Source of the DNA: Octopus bimaculoides
Taxonomy: Eukaryota
Reading direction: 5' to 3'
Assembly (NCBI RefSeq): GCF_001194135.2
Contig: NC_068983.1
Span: 92,306,652 to 92,361,246 of the forward strand
DNA: 54,595 nucleotides
The notes under the pieces were generated by a model. That model was given only the letters and a program-made list of their open reading frames with translations, did no database searches and was not told the origin of the DNA. Positions 26,721 to 38,757 of the stretch are shown here, piece by piece (the first letter of the stretch is position 1; each line of letters opens with the position of its first letter). The position numbers and the translations under genes were made by a program.

Positions 26721-27148
26721 TAGGGTTATACTCCAAGCTGTGTCCTCATGAAACACCTCTGCATATTCTAGTGCTCCAAAAATTGTATGTAATTGTTGTA
26801 CTTGAGTGAGGTATGTATAAGAGTTGAAAAATCCTGGAAAAAAGTTTTCGCAGAGTAATTACATATCAAAATGGGAGATTGGAAAAATGTCTGGCATTAA
26901 TTATTTCCCATCACATGTATTTCATTTTCTAATAGGAGTTACAAAGTTGTACATGTAGAAGAAGCATGCAAAATATCAATTATTAAAAATTCTTCAGATA
27001 GGTTCTCTGTCTGAAGAATTTTTGATAGGAGATATTATACATGTTTCTTGTGCATGTACAGCTTTGTAACTCCTATTAGAAAATGAAATACATGTAATGG
27101 GGGAATAATTAATTCCAGACATTTTTCCAATTTCCTGTTTTGATACAT
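26721..27148. repeat. Repeat-family member containing a 282-bp foldback palindrome (26864-27145)
   Basis: Arms 26864-26998 and 27010-27145 are about 87% complementary by hand count. The left part is related to 46197-46445 (tagggttata.tc.aagctgtg...aataggagttacaa). Confidence 0.8.
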
Positions 27149-27150
27149 AA

Positions 27151-27322
27151 GGCACAGGCGTGGCTGTGTGATAAGAAGTTTTCTTCCCAACCATATGACT
27201 CTGGGTTCAGTCCCACTGCATGACTCCTTGGGCAAGTGTCTTCTACTATAGCCTTAGGCCAACCAAAGCATTGCAAGTAAATCTGGTAGACAGAAACTGA
27301 GAGAAACCCATTGTGTGTATGT

Positions 27323-27372
<50 letters not shown>

Positions 27373-27594
27373 AGTGTGTGTGTGTGTACCATCCTGTCTG
27401 ACAACCAGTGTTGGTTGTGTTTACATCCCCATAACTTAGTGGTCTGGCAAAAGTGACTGATAGAATAAGTACCAGGCTTACAAAAGAAAGAAAAAGGTAC
27501 TGGTCTTGATTTAGTCAACTAAAATTCCTCAAGATGGTGCCCCAGCATGGCCACAGTTTAACAACTGAAACAACTTCAAGAGAAAAATAAAAGA
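27151..27594 (+). mobile_element. SINE family 1, near full length
   Basis: ggcacaggcgtggctgtgtgataag head with A/B-box-like motifs (gggttcagtccc), internal (TA)/(GT) tract, 3' actgaaacaac. Confidence 0.85.
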
Positions 27595-27702
27595 CAATAT
27601 ATACATACTGACATACATATATGCATACATATTATATAGACAGATATACATTTTATGTATATATGCTCACATATCATTTGTATTATTATTATTATATATA
27701 TA

Positions 27703-28240
27703 CATATGATGATGGCCATCCACTCGTGACCGAGGAAGACCATTGCCGACCTTCAGGAACATTGTGCGCTGTAGGACTAACTTATATTTTGTATTTGCGG
27801 CTCCGTTGGTGGCTAATGAGCCCTATTCTTGACAAGCATACACGACAGCAAACATTGCAGACCAAGCTTTGCCCATTCACTATACGAGCTGTGTGCTTTC
27901 ACGCAGCTCTCTCAAAAGTGTCGATCCCTTCCTTAACCTGCTTCCTCCATCTGTGGCAATGACAGGCATTGTTCTCCCAGTCAGTGTCCTGCATGTCACA
28001 GACCTTTAATGAGGACTTGACACAGTCCTTAAATCGCAGCCTTGGTTTCTGCCGGAGTCTCCTTCAATTCACAAGTTCTCCATATAGCATCTGCTTAGGA
28101 ATCCTGCTATCCTTCATTCTAATAAGGTGTCCAGTTCAACGCAACGCAACTGTTGCTTGTGCACCATTGCCTCAATACTCAAGATATCAGCTGTCCTCAG
28201 GACCTGTGTGTCTGGAATTTTTGAGGTCCAGCCAACATTG
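27703..28240 (-). mobile_element. RTE (BovB-like) LINE 3' end, cut off by an N gap
   Basis: NVGWTSKIPDTQVLRTADILSIEAMVHKQQLR / GHLIRMKDSRIPKQMLYGEL / PRLRFKDCVKSSLK / C2H2-like CNVCCRVCLSRIGLISHQRS. Confidence 0.85.
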
Positions 28241-28805
28241 NNNNNNNNNNNNNNNNNNNNNNNNNNNNNNNNNNNNNNNNNNNNNNNNNNNNNNNNNNNN
28301 NNNNNNNNNNNNNNNNNNNNNNNNNNNNNNNNNNNNNNNNNNNNNNNNNNNNNNNNNNNNNNNNNNNNNNNNNNNNNNNNNNNNNNNNNNNNNNNNNNNN
28401 NNNNNNNNNNNNNNNNNNNNNNNNNNNNNNNNNNNNNNNNNNNNNNNNNNNNNNNNNNNNNNNNNNNNNNNNNNNNNNNNNNNNNNNNNNNNNNNNNNNN
28501 NNNNNNNNNNNNNNNNNNNNNNNNNNNNNNNNNNNNNNNNNNNNNNNNNNNNNNNNNNNNNNNNNNNNNNNNNNNNNNNNNNNNNNNNNNNNNNNNNNNN
28601 NNNNNNNNNNNNNNNNNNNNNNNNNNNNNNNNNNNNNNNNNNNNNNNNNNNNNNNNNNNNNNNNNNNNNNNNNNNNNNNNNNNNNNNNNNNNNNNNNNNN
28701 NNNNNNNNNNNNNNNNNNNNNNNNNNNNNNNNNNNNNNNNNNNNNNNNNNNNNNNNNNNNNNNNNNNNNNNNNNNNNNNNNNNNNNNNNNNATATATATA
28801 TACAT

Positions 28806-28862
28806 ACAAGAATTACAAGAATGTACATGCACACACATGTAGATATACATGAATATGTGTGC

Positions 28863-28915
<53 letters not shown>

Positions 28916-29120
28916 TACACATATTTTTATTAATTTTTAGCAGAAGCAACAGAATGACTCAAGGTCCAAAAGTTTTATATGTTAGCACTTATCAAACTCT
29001 TGTGGTAAATAATACAGCAATTTTATGTTCTAACCCAACGTCCACTTTTATGTGGAGAGATAAATGTTACCATTTTGTATTAATACTGCTTCTGTTGCTA
29101 TTAATTATCTTTTATTAAGT
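28806..29120 (+). repeat. About 300-bp repeat with an inverted copy at 32035-32305 and partial copies at 29345-29577
   Basis: tagcagaagcaacag...gttagcacttatcaaactcttgtggtaaataatacag...ctgcttctgttgc matches the reverse complement of 32035-32200; the (CA/TG)-rich flank also matches. Confidence 0.85.
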
Positions 29121-29724
29121 CCACCAGCTATCTGTGACACCAGTGCCTAAAAGACATTATGTCTCTATATCGCTGATGGAAAAATCACTATCTCTTGGTG
29201 TGGGCATCTACTATTGACAAGACCAGGGAAAGCTTAAATCACATAATTTGGTTCTTCCAGTGGTGGTAGCAGATGATTATCTCTCATTAGCAATATAAAC
29301 ATCAGTATTTATATGCACAGTAAGTCCTTATGAGAAGTTTGCTCATGGTTAATAATGCAGTATTTTGTGTTCTAACCCAACATCCACTCTTTTAAGTGGC
29401 GATAAATATTACCTTTTAGTATTAATACGGCTTCTGTCATTACTAAGTATTATACATACTTTTATTAATATCTAGCAGAAGCAACAGAGTTTCATGCTTT
29501 GGCATTTTGCTAAGTGCCAACACACAACACTCTCAGAGCTTGAGTCACTTTGTTGCTTCTGCTAAATATTAATGAAAATATACATATACTCATATTTGGA
29601 ATATATATNNNNNNNNNNNNNNNNNNNNNNNNNNNNNNNNNNNNNNNNNNNNNNNNNNNNNNNNNNNNNNNNNNNNNNNNNNNNNNNNNNNNNNNNNNNN
29701 NNNNNNNNNNTATATATATATATA

Positions 29725-30120
29725 TATATATCTTACCCAGACGTGTAGGATCCCTAGAACAAAAACTCATCTCCAAATACATTAACCATCATTCAACCTC
29801 TAGGTAACCTGAGAAGAGTCATACCTCTTGGCACTAATCCAGTGGTTTAAGGATGCAGACTTCTACTATAACATCAAATGGAAAATCCTTTCTAAGACTA
29901 CACCTTATATTAATGGGTCAAAAAATGTTTCATATGTTTACTTGAAAAACTTCATCATAAGTCTCTCCAGAAACTGTATGAATACCAAAAGCAAAATTTT
30001 TTCATACTGTTCACTTTTTACAAAATACATCATAGCCAAAATAAACCACCAGACAGACCATAACCTATTTCAAAGATGGTTTATGAAATTTTCAATATTC
30101 ATCATAAATTGCCAGTAGTT
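29725..30120 (+). mobile_element. Penelope-like element 3' remnant (C-terminal part of the GIY-YIG endonuclease)
   Basis: YNIKWKILSKTTPYINGSKN, then after a frameshift C.ICLLEKLHII...NTKSKIFSYC; resembles the I.W.IL...PY..G...C.LCL.EK..I...N..SE...C motif of Penelope endonucleases. Confidence 0.7.
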
Positions 30121-30448
30121 GATGTGCAGTCCATTATCTCCCATTGATTTTTCTCTGTCTTTTCCAAATCAGCATGCTCATGTAAACTTCAGTTACATGT
30201 GGCAGCCTTCAACATTTCCTATACGAAATGATTTATATGCTATTGTCTTATATGAATGCTTTCAGAGATGCTATTCTGAAGAAAAATTATTTTATGTTCT
30301 CCCAAAAGTTTATAAAATTCTTGATATCAGCTATGTATACATACATATATATAGATATATGCATATATACATATATTAAAGTGATTTGTTGTGTAAGGCT
30401 GGAACAATACAAGAAGATATAAAGTAAACTACAATAAGAAAACATAAC

Positions 30449-30986
30449 AAAGTTGTAGTTTACCTTATATTTCAGGGTTATGACTCCTTCTGGGCATTGG
30501 GGAAAGCAAGGGATGGAAAAGGTCATTGTTCAGTTGTGTAAGGAAAGAGGAAGGTGACATGTACAGACTGGCATTGCTATAGTAACCAGTCTGCTTTGTT
30601 TGAATGTGCAATTTTCTAGTGATGCTCTCATAAGATTCCCCACTGGGAACACCACCAGGAAATTGCACATTTGAATAAAAGAACATAGTGCCCAAGCACT
30701 TCAAAACCAGACCCAGAATTTCAAGCTATCCATCAAGGCCATTCAATGCAACAGAGCTAATCTCAGAATTATGGAGATCTACTTTATCAACAAAGATCAA
30801 CCATAAACAACAGGAAGGAGTAACATGAGACAAACTGGTTACTGTAGCAACACATGTGGTCTGCACGTCACCCACCTCCTTCCCACACATCTGAGCAATG
30901 ACCTTTTCTATTCCTTGCTTTTCCACTTGTCCTGAAGAAGGGGTCATAGTTCCGAAAAATAAAAATATATGGTAAACTACAACTTT
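30449..30986 (+). mobile_element. Penelope-like mini-element: GIY-YIG remnant between inverted pseudo-LTRs
   Basis: Arms 30449-30593 and 30831-30986 are inverted copies. The core translates GNTTRKLHI*IKEHSA...LRIMEIYFINKDQP*. Confidence 0.7.
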
Positions 30987-31019
30987 TTTATATATATAAT
31001 TGTATGAGTGTACTTAGAT

Positions 31020-31745
31020 TAATATGTATGTACGTATGTGTAGGTGTATGCGTATTTTAGTGTATGTGAGTATATATGAGTGTGTACATGCATGCACTAT
31101 GATTCTGTGTGTAGATATATGTGTATATTATACATATATGTATATATATGCACATATATGTTTATGTCTATGTATTAAAAAAATTTTTTTTGAATTTTAA
31201 CCATTGTCTGCGAAAATAGTGACATTTATGTGTAGATGGATAAGCATATATATATGTGTATACTTTAAGATTATATATATATATGTGAGTGTATAAGTGT
31301 TTATATGATTGTGTGTACTTGTACATATGTGTAGGTAGGCTTATATTTGCATGTATGTATCTAAGACATTGTATCCATTCACCGTTAGACGGTGGTGAGA
31401 GGGACACACACATGTACATATTTATATGTATACAACCTTCGACAGAGTAACAGTCATATATCCAACTTGAACAGACACACATATCAATACATGAACATAC
31501 GTTGACATGTACATACACATACACACACANNNNNNNNNNTCATATATCCAACTTGAACAGACACACATATCAATACATGAACATACGTTGACATGTACAT
31601 ACACATACACACACACACAGACACGTCTACACACTTACGTACCTAAATACTCACATACATAAGTACATACATATATGCATATAGGCATGCACACACATGT
31701 ACACATATGCATACACACATACTTACATGCACATATACATATCAT
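31020..31745. repeat. Degenerate (TATG/TG/CA) low-complexity tract with a 10-N gap
   Basis: Seen directly; source of the Cys/Val/Tyr-rich pseudo-ORFs. Confidence 0.85.
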
Positions 31746-32388
31746 GAACTGACTGTTACTTTCTCAGATGTAGCATGGAATTTTGTCAGTGAACGGGTCA
31801 CAGACTGAAAGCGATGAAAATATTTTGACAAATTAAATTTAAATGTTGAAGTGAATCTAACAGTTTTTTGTGTTTTTTTTTAATGGCTTATAAACATCCT
31901 TCCCTGCTGCAGTTGCACAACTTTTTTGTTTTCTTTTTGAAATTTGTCAGTGGTAGATGTCCACAGCTAGAGATAGGAGTAATTTTTCCATCAGCAATAT
32001 ATATAGTCATAGCGTCTTTCAAGCACTGGATTTATTAAAAAATAATCAATTGCAACAGAAGCAGTATTAATACCAAAAGGTAACATTTATCTCTCCACAT
32101 AAAAGTGAATGTTAGGTTAGAACATAAAATTACTGTATTATTTACCACAAGAGTTTGATAAGTGCTAATATATAAAACTCTTGGACCTTGAATATATGTA
32201 TATTCTTGTATGCACATACACACAAGCACACACACACACACACATTCATGTATATCTACATATATGTGCGTGTGTATGTATATACATTCTTGTAATTTTC
32301 TTCTCACATTGTCCAAGCCTTACATAAATCTCTTTAAAGCAAATTGCACAATTTTTCATCAAAAGTACTCCCTTTTATATATATCTGC

Positions 32389-32430
<42 letters not shown>

Positions 32431-32466
32431 TCACACATATACACATTTATATACATATATATACAG

Positions 32467-32508
<42 letters not shown>

Positions 32509-32509
32509 T

Positions 32510-32545
<36 letters not shown>

Positions 32546-32562
32546 TATACAATACAGATATA

Positions 32563-33382
32563 CAGTGTGTTCAAAAATTTTGATTCATTTGAGATGTAAA
32601 TATCACAGAAACTACATAGTCAAAGTAAATGAAACTAAACAGGCTTAATGTTGAGCAACATAAGATTTATTCCTCCAAATTTGAATGAGAAATTCAAAAG
32701 TATGTGTATTCCATGAATGATTTCACAAATGTTGAATATTGCGCACCACCTGGGATATGCCACACGTCAAGCCAGTAGTGCAGCTCTTCCCAAACACGCT
32801 GCATGTCTTGGGTAACAGTCTCCGGTGCGGTAGTGATTCTCTGCTTAAGTTCCTCTAGGTTGGCAGGAAGAGGGGGGACATAGACCAGGCCCTTCACATA
32901 GCCCCATGTTTGCACTTTCACTTGTCATCTGCCGTTATGGCCTGAACAAGCTGCAGCTTGTAAGGTTTCTTTAGCAAGCATTTCCTCAGGGCGCGCCAAA
33001 CTACCATTAGAGGAATCTGGGTTTCCAGACTTGTTCTTGTTATGGACTTCTTGGGGTGGACTGTCTCTTCCAATGTTAGTGTCGTTCATCCAGATCCTTT
33101 TGCCCTGCACAGACAGCCTTCCTCTTTGAATTTTTTGTGCCATGTCCAAATCTGCATTGGCGTTGGTGAGTTTTTGAGAACTCACTCACAAGTGCACACT
33201 GCACAATGCCTTTTCTCTTCCAATGAATGCCATTTCTATACCTGAAAAGATACACATATCAAACAGTAAACATAAAATTTTGACCTGTTTCTACACATGC
33301 TGGTAAAATTTGAAGTCATTTGAACAAGAACTGGCAAAGTTATTAGATTGTGAAATGATATCAAATTTTTTGAAATGCCCTG
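32563..33382 (-). mobile_element. Tc1/mariner-superfamily internal-deletion derivative (about 820 bp)
   Basis: TIRs CAGTGTGTTCAAAAATTTTTGATTCATTT and CAGGGCATTTCAAAAAATTTGATATCATTT in TA-rich flanks. The N-terminal segment (KFKEEGCLC...SPRKS...KPYKLQLVQAIT.DDK) joins directly to WGYVKGLVYVPPLPANLEELKQRIT; the catalytic core is deleted. Confidence 0.85.
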
Positions 33383-33402
33383 TGTGTATATATGTATGTA
33401 TA

Positions 33403-33454
<52 letters not shown>

Positions 33455-34869
33455 CAAATAACAACAGATGAATAGAGTTATTACATCATGCAAAAACATC
33501 TGTTTTCATCATTTGAATATATGCATGAATTAAACATTAAAAAAAACACTCCACGAATCCAAGTTTCTGTCATTTCATGTCTCACTGATGAACTTTGGCC
33601 AGTGAATACATATATATTGTATTAACAGTACACACACATATTTGATTTTATTCATTTATTGAAGGCTTATAAATGTTACACTAAGTATTGCAGGGATTTA
33701 GTTCTATTGATTGATCCATAGTCAACCATCTGAAAAATAGAGGACAATCACTCTCCCTTATTCTTCTCAGAGCCAAAATGAAGTGAATGCCAACAGAAAG
33801 GAGTTTGTTCAAGATGGTATTATATGAAAACTAGGTCATCCATTTTAAGCAAGTAACTGACCAGTACTACACTGGCAAAACAAAGAAGGGGAATAGTAGT
33901 AGTAGCAAGAATCAAAGAATAGTAGATATGATCATGAAAAAGAATGAAATTTGATACTTTACCTCTTTTAGAGTTGCTATGTATATCACAAGAGAGTGTA
34001 TTATATATTGAAGTTTACTACTAGATTTTAAAATGCTAGTGGAGGGAAGAAGTTATAAGTTATACAAAAAACAGTAGGCAGACTGAGGATTTGCTGAAGA
34101 AAATCAGCTTTCAGTAAATAATAAAGGTAGTAAAACTTGATACAATATTGTAACAGGAAGAAAACTAGAAATATAGCTCATAACAGACTGAAAATTAATA
34201 CAAAAGATCAAATATAAGACAAATGAGTGATATGGAAAAAGGGAATTGAAATTGAATATCTCCTTATAAAGTCATGTCAGAAGAATGAGTTGAGAAACAT
34301 TTATAAATAAAATTAGTTAAATATGTTTCTAACACTAAAATATTGAACCAGCTAGGTAGGTGGAAGTTATCATTTCTAAGTGAATAATTTTCAAGGGAAT
34401 GATTTGAAGGTTTTTACAGTAAATGCTTACCTTTTAATACAAGCTCATGTCTCTTGTTCAAAATATTAAACTCTGATGTAAGGATAAACAGTGATTGTTC
34501 AAGGCAAAAGTCATATGTTGCCTTTCCAACATCATAAGGTAGCATGCTGCTTACTATTGGCCATTTGATATCATATTTTGTGTTACTATATTTTAGTTTG
34601 CAAATAAACTAAATGAGCTCAAGATTTTCCATATTCCTATATTTAAAAGAAGAGATGTTATATAATCAAGATTTGAAACTGGTTATACAAGAACCTATGT
34701 AATAAGAATTAGTTTACCTGTATCTACTGAGTATCTGTAAACTAGTTTTTTTCCTAAGGCATTGTCTATCAAATGAACATTTTTTTAGGGTCTCCAAGAT
34801 TAGAATTATTATTACGATTACTTTTAACATTGTGACTACTGTTACTATTATCATTACTACTATTGTGAA

Positions 34870-35148
34870 GGCACATGGCCTAGTAGTTTTGGTATTGCAC
34901 TCATAATTACTAGATCATGAATTTGATTCCTGGACTGAGCGATGTGTTGTGTTCTTGAGCAAGACACTTCATTTCACATTGCTCTCTGATTATTTCAACA
35001 TCTGACAATGTGGCACACTTTTGCTCCTGTATAGGCAATGTCAGTTTGATGGAGAGAGCTAATGTACAGTACATAGATTTTATCACTATAAACAAATCAT
35101 TTGTGCAGGTCATTCAGCAAAAACTGAACATTGTCTTTGAGGGAAGAT
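34870..35148 (+). mobile_element. tRNA-type SINE family 3
   Basis: Head ggcacatggcctagtag (A-box-like) ...tttgattcctgg (B-box-like), then ttcttgagcaagacactt. A related fragment lies at about 26520-26600. Confidence 0.7.
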
Positions 35149-35183
35149 TCCATTATTATTAATATTACTATTTTTATCAATAA

Positions 35184-35395
35184 GGCAGCAGCTGGCAGAA
35201 TCATTAGTACATTAGACAAAATACTTAGTTATATTTTGCCCATCGCTACATTCTGAGTTCAAATTCTGCCAAGGTCGACTTAACCTTTCATCCTTTTGGG
35301 GTCAATAAATTAATTACCAGTGAAACCTGAGGTTGATGTAATCAACTAGTCCCCTCCCCACAAATTTCAAGCCTTGTGATTTAGTAGAAACGATT
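35184..35395 (+). mobile_element. SINE family 2 copy
   Basis: ggcagcagctggcagaatcattag...ttctgagttcaaattctgccaaggtcgactt; homologous to 35524 and 14315. Confidence 0.85.
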
Positions 35396-35523
35396 ACTAT
35401 TATTGACTCTACAACTTCTGTTATTATTACTCTTATTATTAAGAGTTGTATTATATGTATTGTTATTCATATTTTTTCTTTTAAAATTAACATTGTTACT
35501 ACCACTAATATTATTATTCTTAA

Positions 35524-35735
35524 GGCAGTGAGCTGGCAGAATCATTCGTATGTCAGGCAAATTGCTTAGCAGCAATTCATCTGTCATTACATTCTGAGTT
35601 GAAATTCTGCCAAGGTCAACTGTACTTCCTTTCAGGGTTGGTAAAATAAGTACCAGTTGAGTACTGGGGTAGATGTAATTGGCTTACCCCTTCCCTGAAA
35701 TCACTGGCTTTGTGCCAAAATTTGAAACCAATATT
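35524..35735 (+). mobile_element. SINE family 2 copy, adjacent to the previous one
   Basis: ggcagtgagctggcagaatcattcg...ttctgagttgaaattctgccaaggtcaact. Confidence 0.85.
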
Positions 35736-35744
35736 ATTGTTATT

Positions 35745-37250
35745 GTTGTCATTATAATTACTATTATTGTTATTATTGCTGTTATTGTATTTACACTTCT
35801 CAGTGCCCTCACTCACTTGCTCTGGCTAATTCTGTAAGAGCAAACAACAACCTGTTGTCAAGGATCTCACAGGGTCTTCTTCCAAGATACTTAACAAGTA
35901 CCAGTCTCAAAATCTTCATTGTCCCCAAGAAAGCAGTTTTCTGAATATGTTCTATCCTCATGTCAATTCCAATTTCTCCAACGTGGTTGTTAATGCTCCT
36001 ACTGTCCCTAAAACTACTGGGATGACAGTTACATTCTTCATTGCTCACATACATGGTATCTCATCTTTTAGTGGCTTGTACTTCACAGTCTTTTTCAGTT
36101 CTTTATCATCCACTCATACATCACCAGGTATGACAATATCAATGATTTTGGCTTCCCTTGTCATTTTATCAACTACAACAATGTCTGCTCTTCGAGTATC
36201 AATCACTGAATCATACTGAATTTAAAATCCCACAAAATCTTATACTCTTTTTTCTTGGTGACACCTTCTGGCTTATACTCATACATTTTTAATGACCCTT
36301 CAAGACTATACTTCTCCCATAATCTCCAGTGAATATACCTAGCTATGTATTCATGCCTCCTTTTGTATTCCTTTTGAGCCAATTTGCTACACTCACTCAC
36401 AATATATGAGACTTTTATTTTTGATGTCACACATCTTACAAACAGGAAATTCAATACTCTTATATTGGGACTTGGTGTAATTAGTTCTCAAAGCTTGTTC
36501 CTTAGTGCTGTAGGTTAATGCTTCAGTGCATCCTTTCAGATCACTTTTCTTTAGCCACCTCCAGGAGTTGGTCTTGTCCTTCCCTTCCATTTCTTTGAGG
36601 TATTGCCTATGCATCACTCTCACTTTCCAGTTGTTCACTCTTTTGGGTGTGTTGCTATTTCTAATCACAACAACCAAAGGTTGAATCTGTGTTTCACATA
36701 CCATTCCAAAATTCATTAGCAACACAGCTTTTGTATCCTATGAGTTCTCTTCTTCCCTTGTTTCGAGACATATACAATCTTTTGAAATCACTTTAAGGAT
36801 ACAGTTCCCTGTTCATTTTATTACTTATTTGATCTTTCTATCCATTTCTTCTAGCTTGTTCTTTGTCCATCTAGTTATACCTGCACCATATCACATTAAG
36901 GAGACAGCCCATGTATCCATTGGATCTATGCTTCATAACTAACTGTGTTCTTCTGAGTTATTCTTGTCTAAAGCTTTCCTTCAACTCACTCTCCTTGATT
37001 ATCATTTAACGCCAAATCATTATACATGAGCTCTCTTACTTTTCAAGCATTCTGTGAGGTTATGATTTGCACTTGGTACTAGTGGTTGAATACGCAAACT
37101 TAACTGAATGCTTATCTAGCAATTTCTGATATCAACTTGATGGTGAGAAGTATTTCTCCAAGACCATGAAGAATTTTCTTGGATGCAACCTGTATGGTAC
37201 ATTATACCACACAACTTGTAATCTATCCCTCTGTTTCCTAGAACTACCAT
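35745..37250 (-). mobile_element. R4/Dong-like non-LTR retrotransposon 3' part (RT thumb, CCHC knuckle, restriction-like endonuclease), decayed
   Basis: W.KNKLEEMDRK; DFKRLYMSRNKGRR; CKMC...VSYIVSECSKLAQKEYKRRH; ILWDFK...TRRADIVVVDK..REAKIIDIVIPGD; KYKPLK...VIPVVLGTVG; ends in an (AAT)n-like tail. Confidence 0.85.
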
Positions 37251-38264
37251 TTTGTTTACTTCTCCTGTTTATATTTTTGTCACTGTTTAGCCCATGTGCA
37301 CTTAACATTATGTGATGACTATAGCTATTCCTGTCTCATTAGCTTCCTCAATGTGCCAATTGTTTATATTATACCTATTATATTTTGAAGGTAGTCTATA
37401 TTTACCCGTATATTTATTCATACTGATCTTACTCTGAGCATACTCACCCTGATGCACATTTAACTTTTCCTTCTTTCCATGGTCAGAGGCCTTCCAATGT
37501 CTGTTCTATTTACACCACTAGTGTTGTGATTAAATTTTCTACCATAGCCCTTATACCATGTCCTAGAACCTATTAAACTATTGATATGGTAGTAATTAAA
37601 AAGTTTATTCATTCTCTGTTTAACACTTTTATCCTTATTTAAATCACTATTAGAGATGTATTTAATATTTTCTTTATATCCTGCTAAGGCTTAGTTATAA
37701 TATTTCTCTTTCTGTCTAAAACTTTTATCATTAGCTAAAAGCTTAGAAATTCTAATCGAGACCCCTTAACAGATCTAGGAGGATTTGAGTTTCAACTACC
37801 ATTAGGTTTGTAAAAAGGGTGATCAGTCCAATACTAAGGTCTAGGTTACATCTAAAAGAGTTTGTCTTGCTATGTTCCTTCTCTGTAAAGATAGATACTT
37901 CTAAACTTTTAAAAATTGAAGATTTTTCTTATATTGTTCAAGGTTAGTAATTACTACAATTATGGATTGTAAATAAGGTATCATCCCAATTCAGGAAAAG
38001 CTCTAGTTAAGCATTGGAAAATCCATCACTTGCGCTAAGTCACTTGCCTCCATACTCATATCATAATTATTATTCTAATCACTTCTTAATGTTTGCCTAC
38101 AAATTCAATAATTGTTTTCCTATCTTCTAATATATCAACTTCCTTCCATGGTAAACTAGAGTTTTTCATCACAAAGTGCCTTACCTAGACGAACAGGGGT
38201 GATGAATTAATAGCTGCTAAATATATTTGAATGAATTTTGTATAATTTTTATTAATAGCCCTAC

Positions 38265-38610
38265 ACCATTACCAGCGCTGCCTTACTGGTATTTGTGCCA
38301 ATGGCACATTAGAAAACATTCGAGCGAGGTTCTTGCCAGTGCTGCTGGATTGCCTCCAGTGCAGGTGCCAGGTAAAAAACACCATTTTGAGTGTGACCAT
38401 TGCCAGTACCGTCTGACTGGCCCTCGTGGTAGTGGCACGTAAAAGGACACACTACACTCTCAGATTGGTTGGCGTTTGGAAGGGCATCCAGATGTAGAAA
38501 CTCTGCCAAATCAGATTGAAGCCTGGTGCAGCCATCTGGTTCGTCAGTCCTCAGTCAAATCATCCAGCCCATGCTAGCATGGAGAGCGGACTTTAAATGA
38601 TCATGATATA
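38265..38610 (+). mobile_element. RTE 3'-end-derived element
   Basis: Same family as 3066, in the opposite orientation; tail gcggactttaaatgatcatgat. Confidence 0.85.
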
Positions 38611-38757
38611 GATATATATGTATATATATATATATGTANNNNNNNNNNNNNNNNNNNNNNNNNNNNNNNNNNNNNNNNNNNNNNNNNNNNNNNNNNNNNN
38701 NNNNNNNNNNNNNNNNNNNNNNNNNNNNNNNNNNNNNNGTGCCAGTCGTCGAATTTA

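Noticed and set aside
27151-27230. tRNA-like A/B boxes in SINE heads (also 34870, 35184)
   Set aside because: These are SINE heads with no full cloverleaf, not tRNA genes.
27969-28949. Long ORFs spanning N runs (also around 39620-39983, 40623-41092, 42219-42650, 43822-44216, 45289-45980)
   Set aside because: They are long only because N codons contain no stops; the flanks are microsatellite or LINE sequence.
30050-30110. Possible hammerhead after the 29725 Penelope fragment (caaagatggtttatgaaa)
   Set aside because: The CUGANGA core is absent; too degraded to call.
31454-31615. Exact ~76-bp direct duplication on both sides of a 10-N gap
   Set aside because: Typical unmerged contig overlap; an assembly artefact rather than a tandem repeat.
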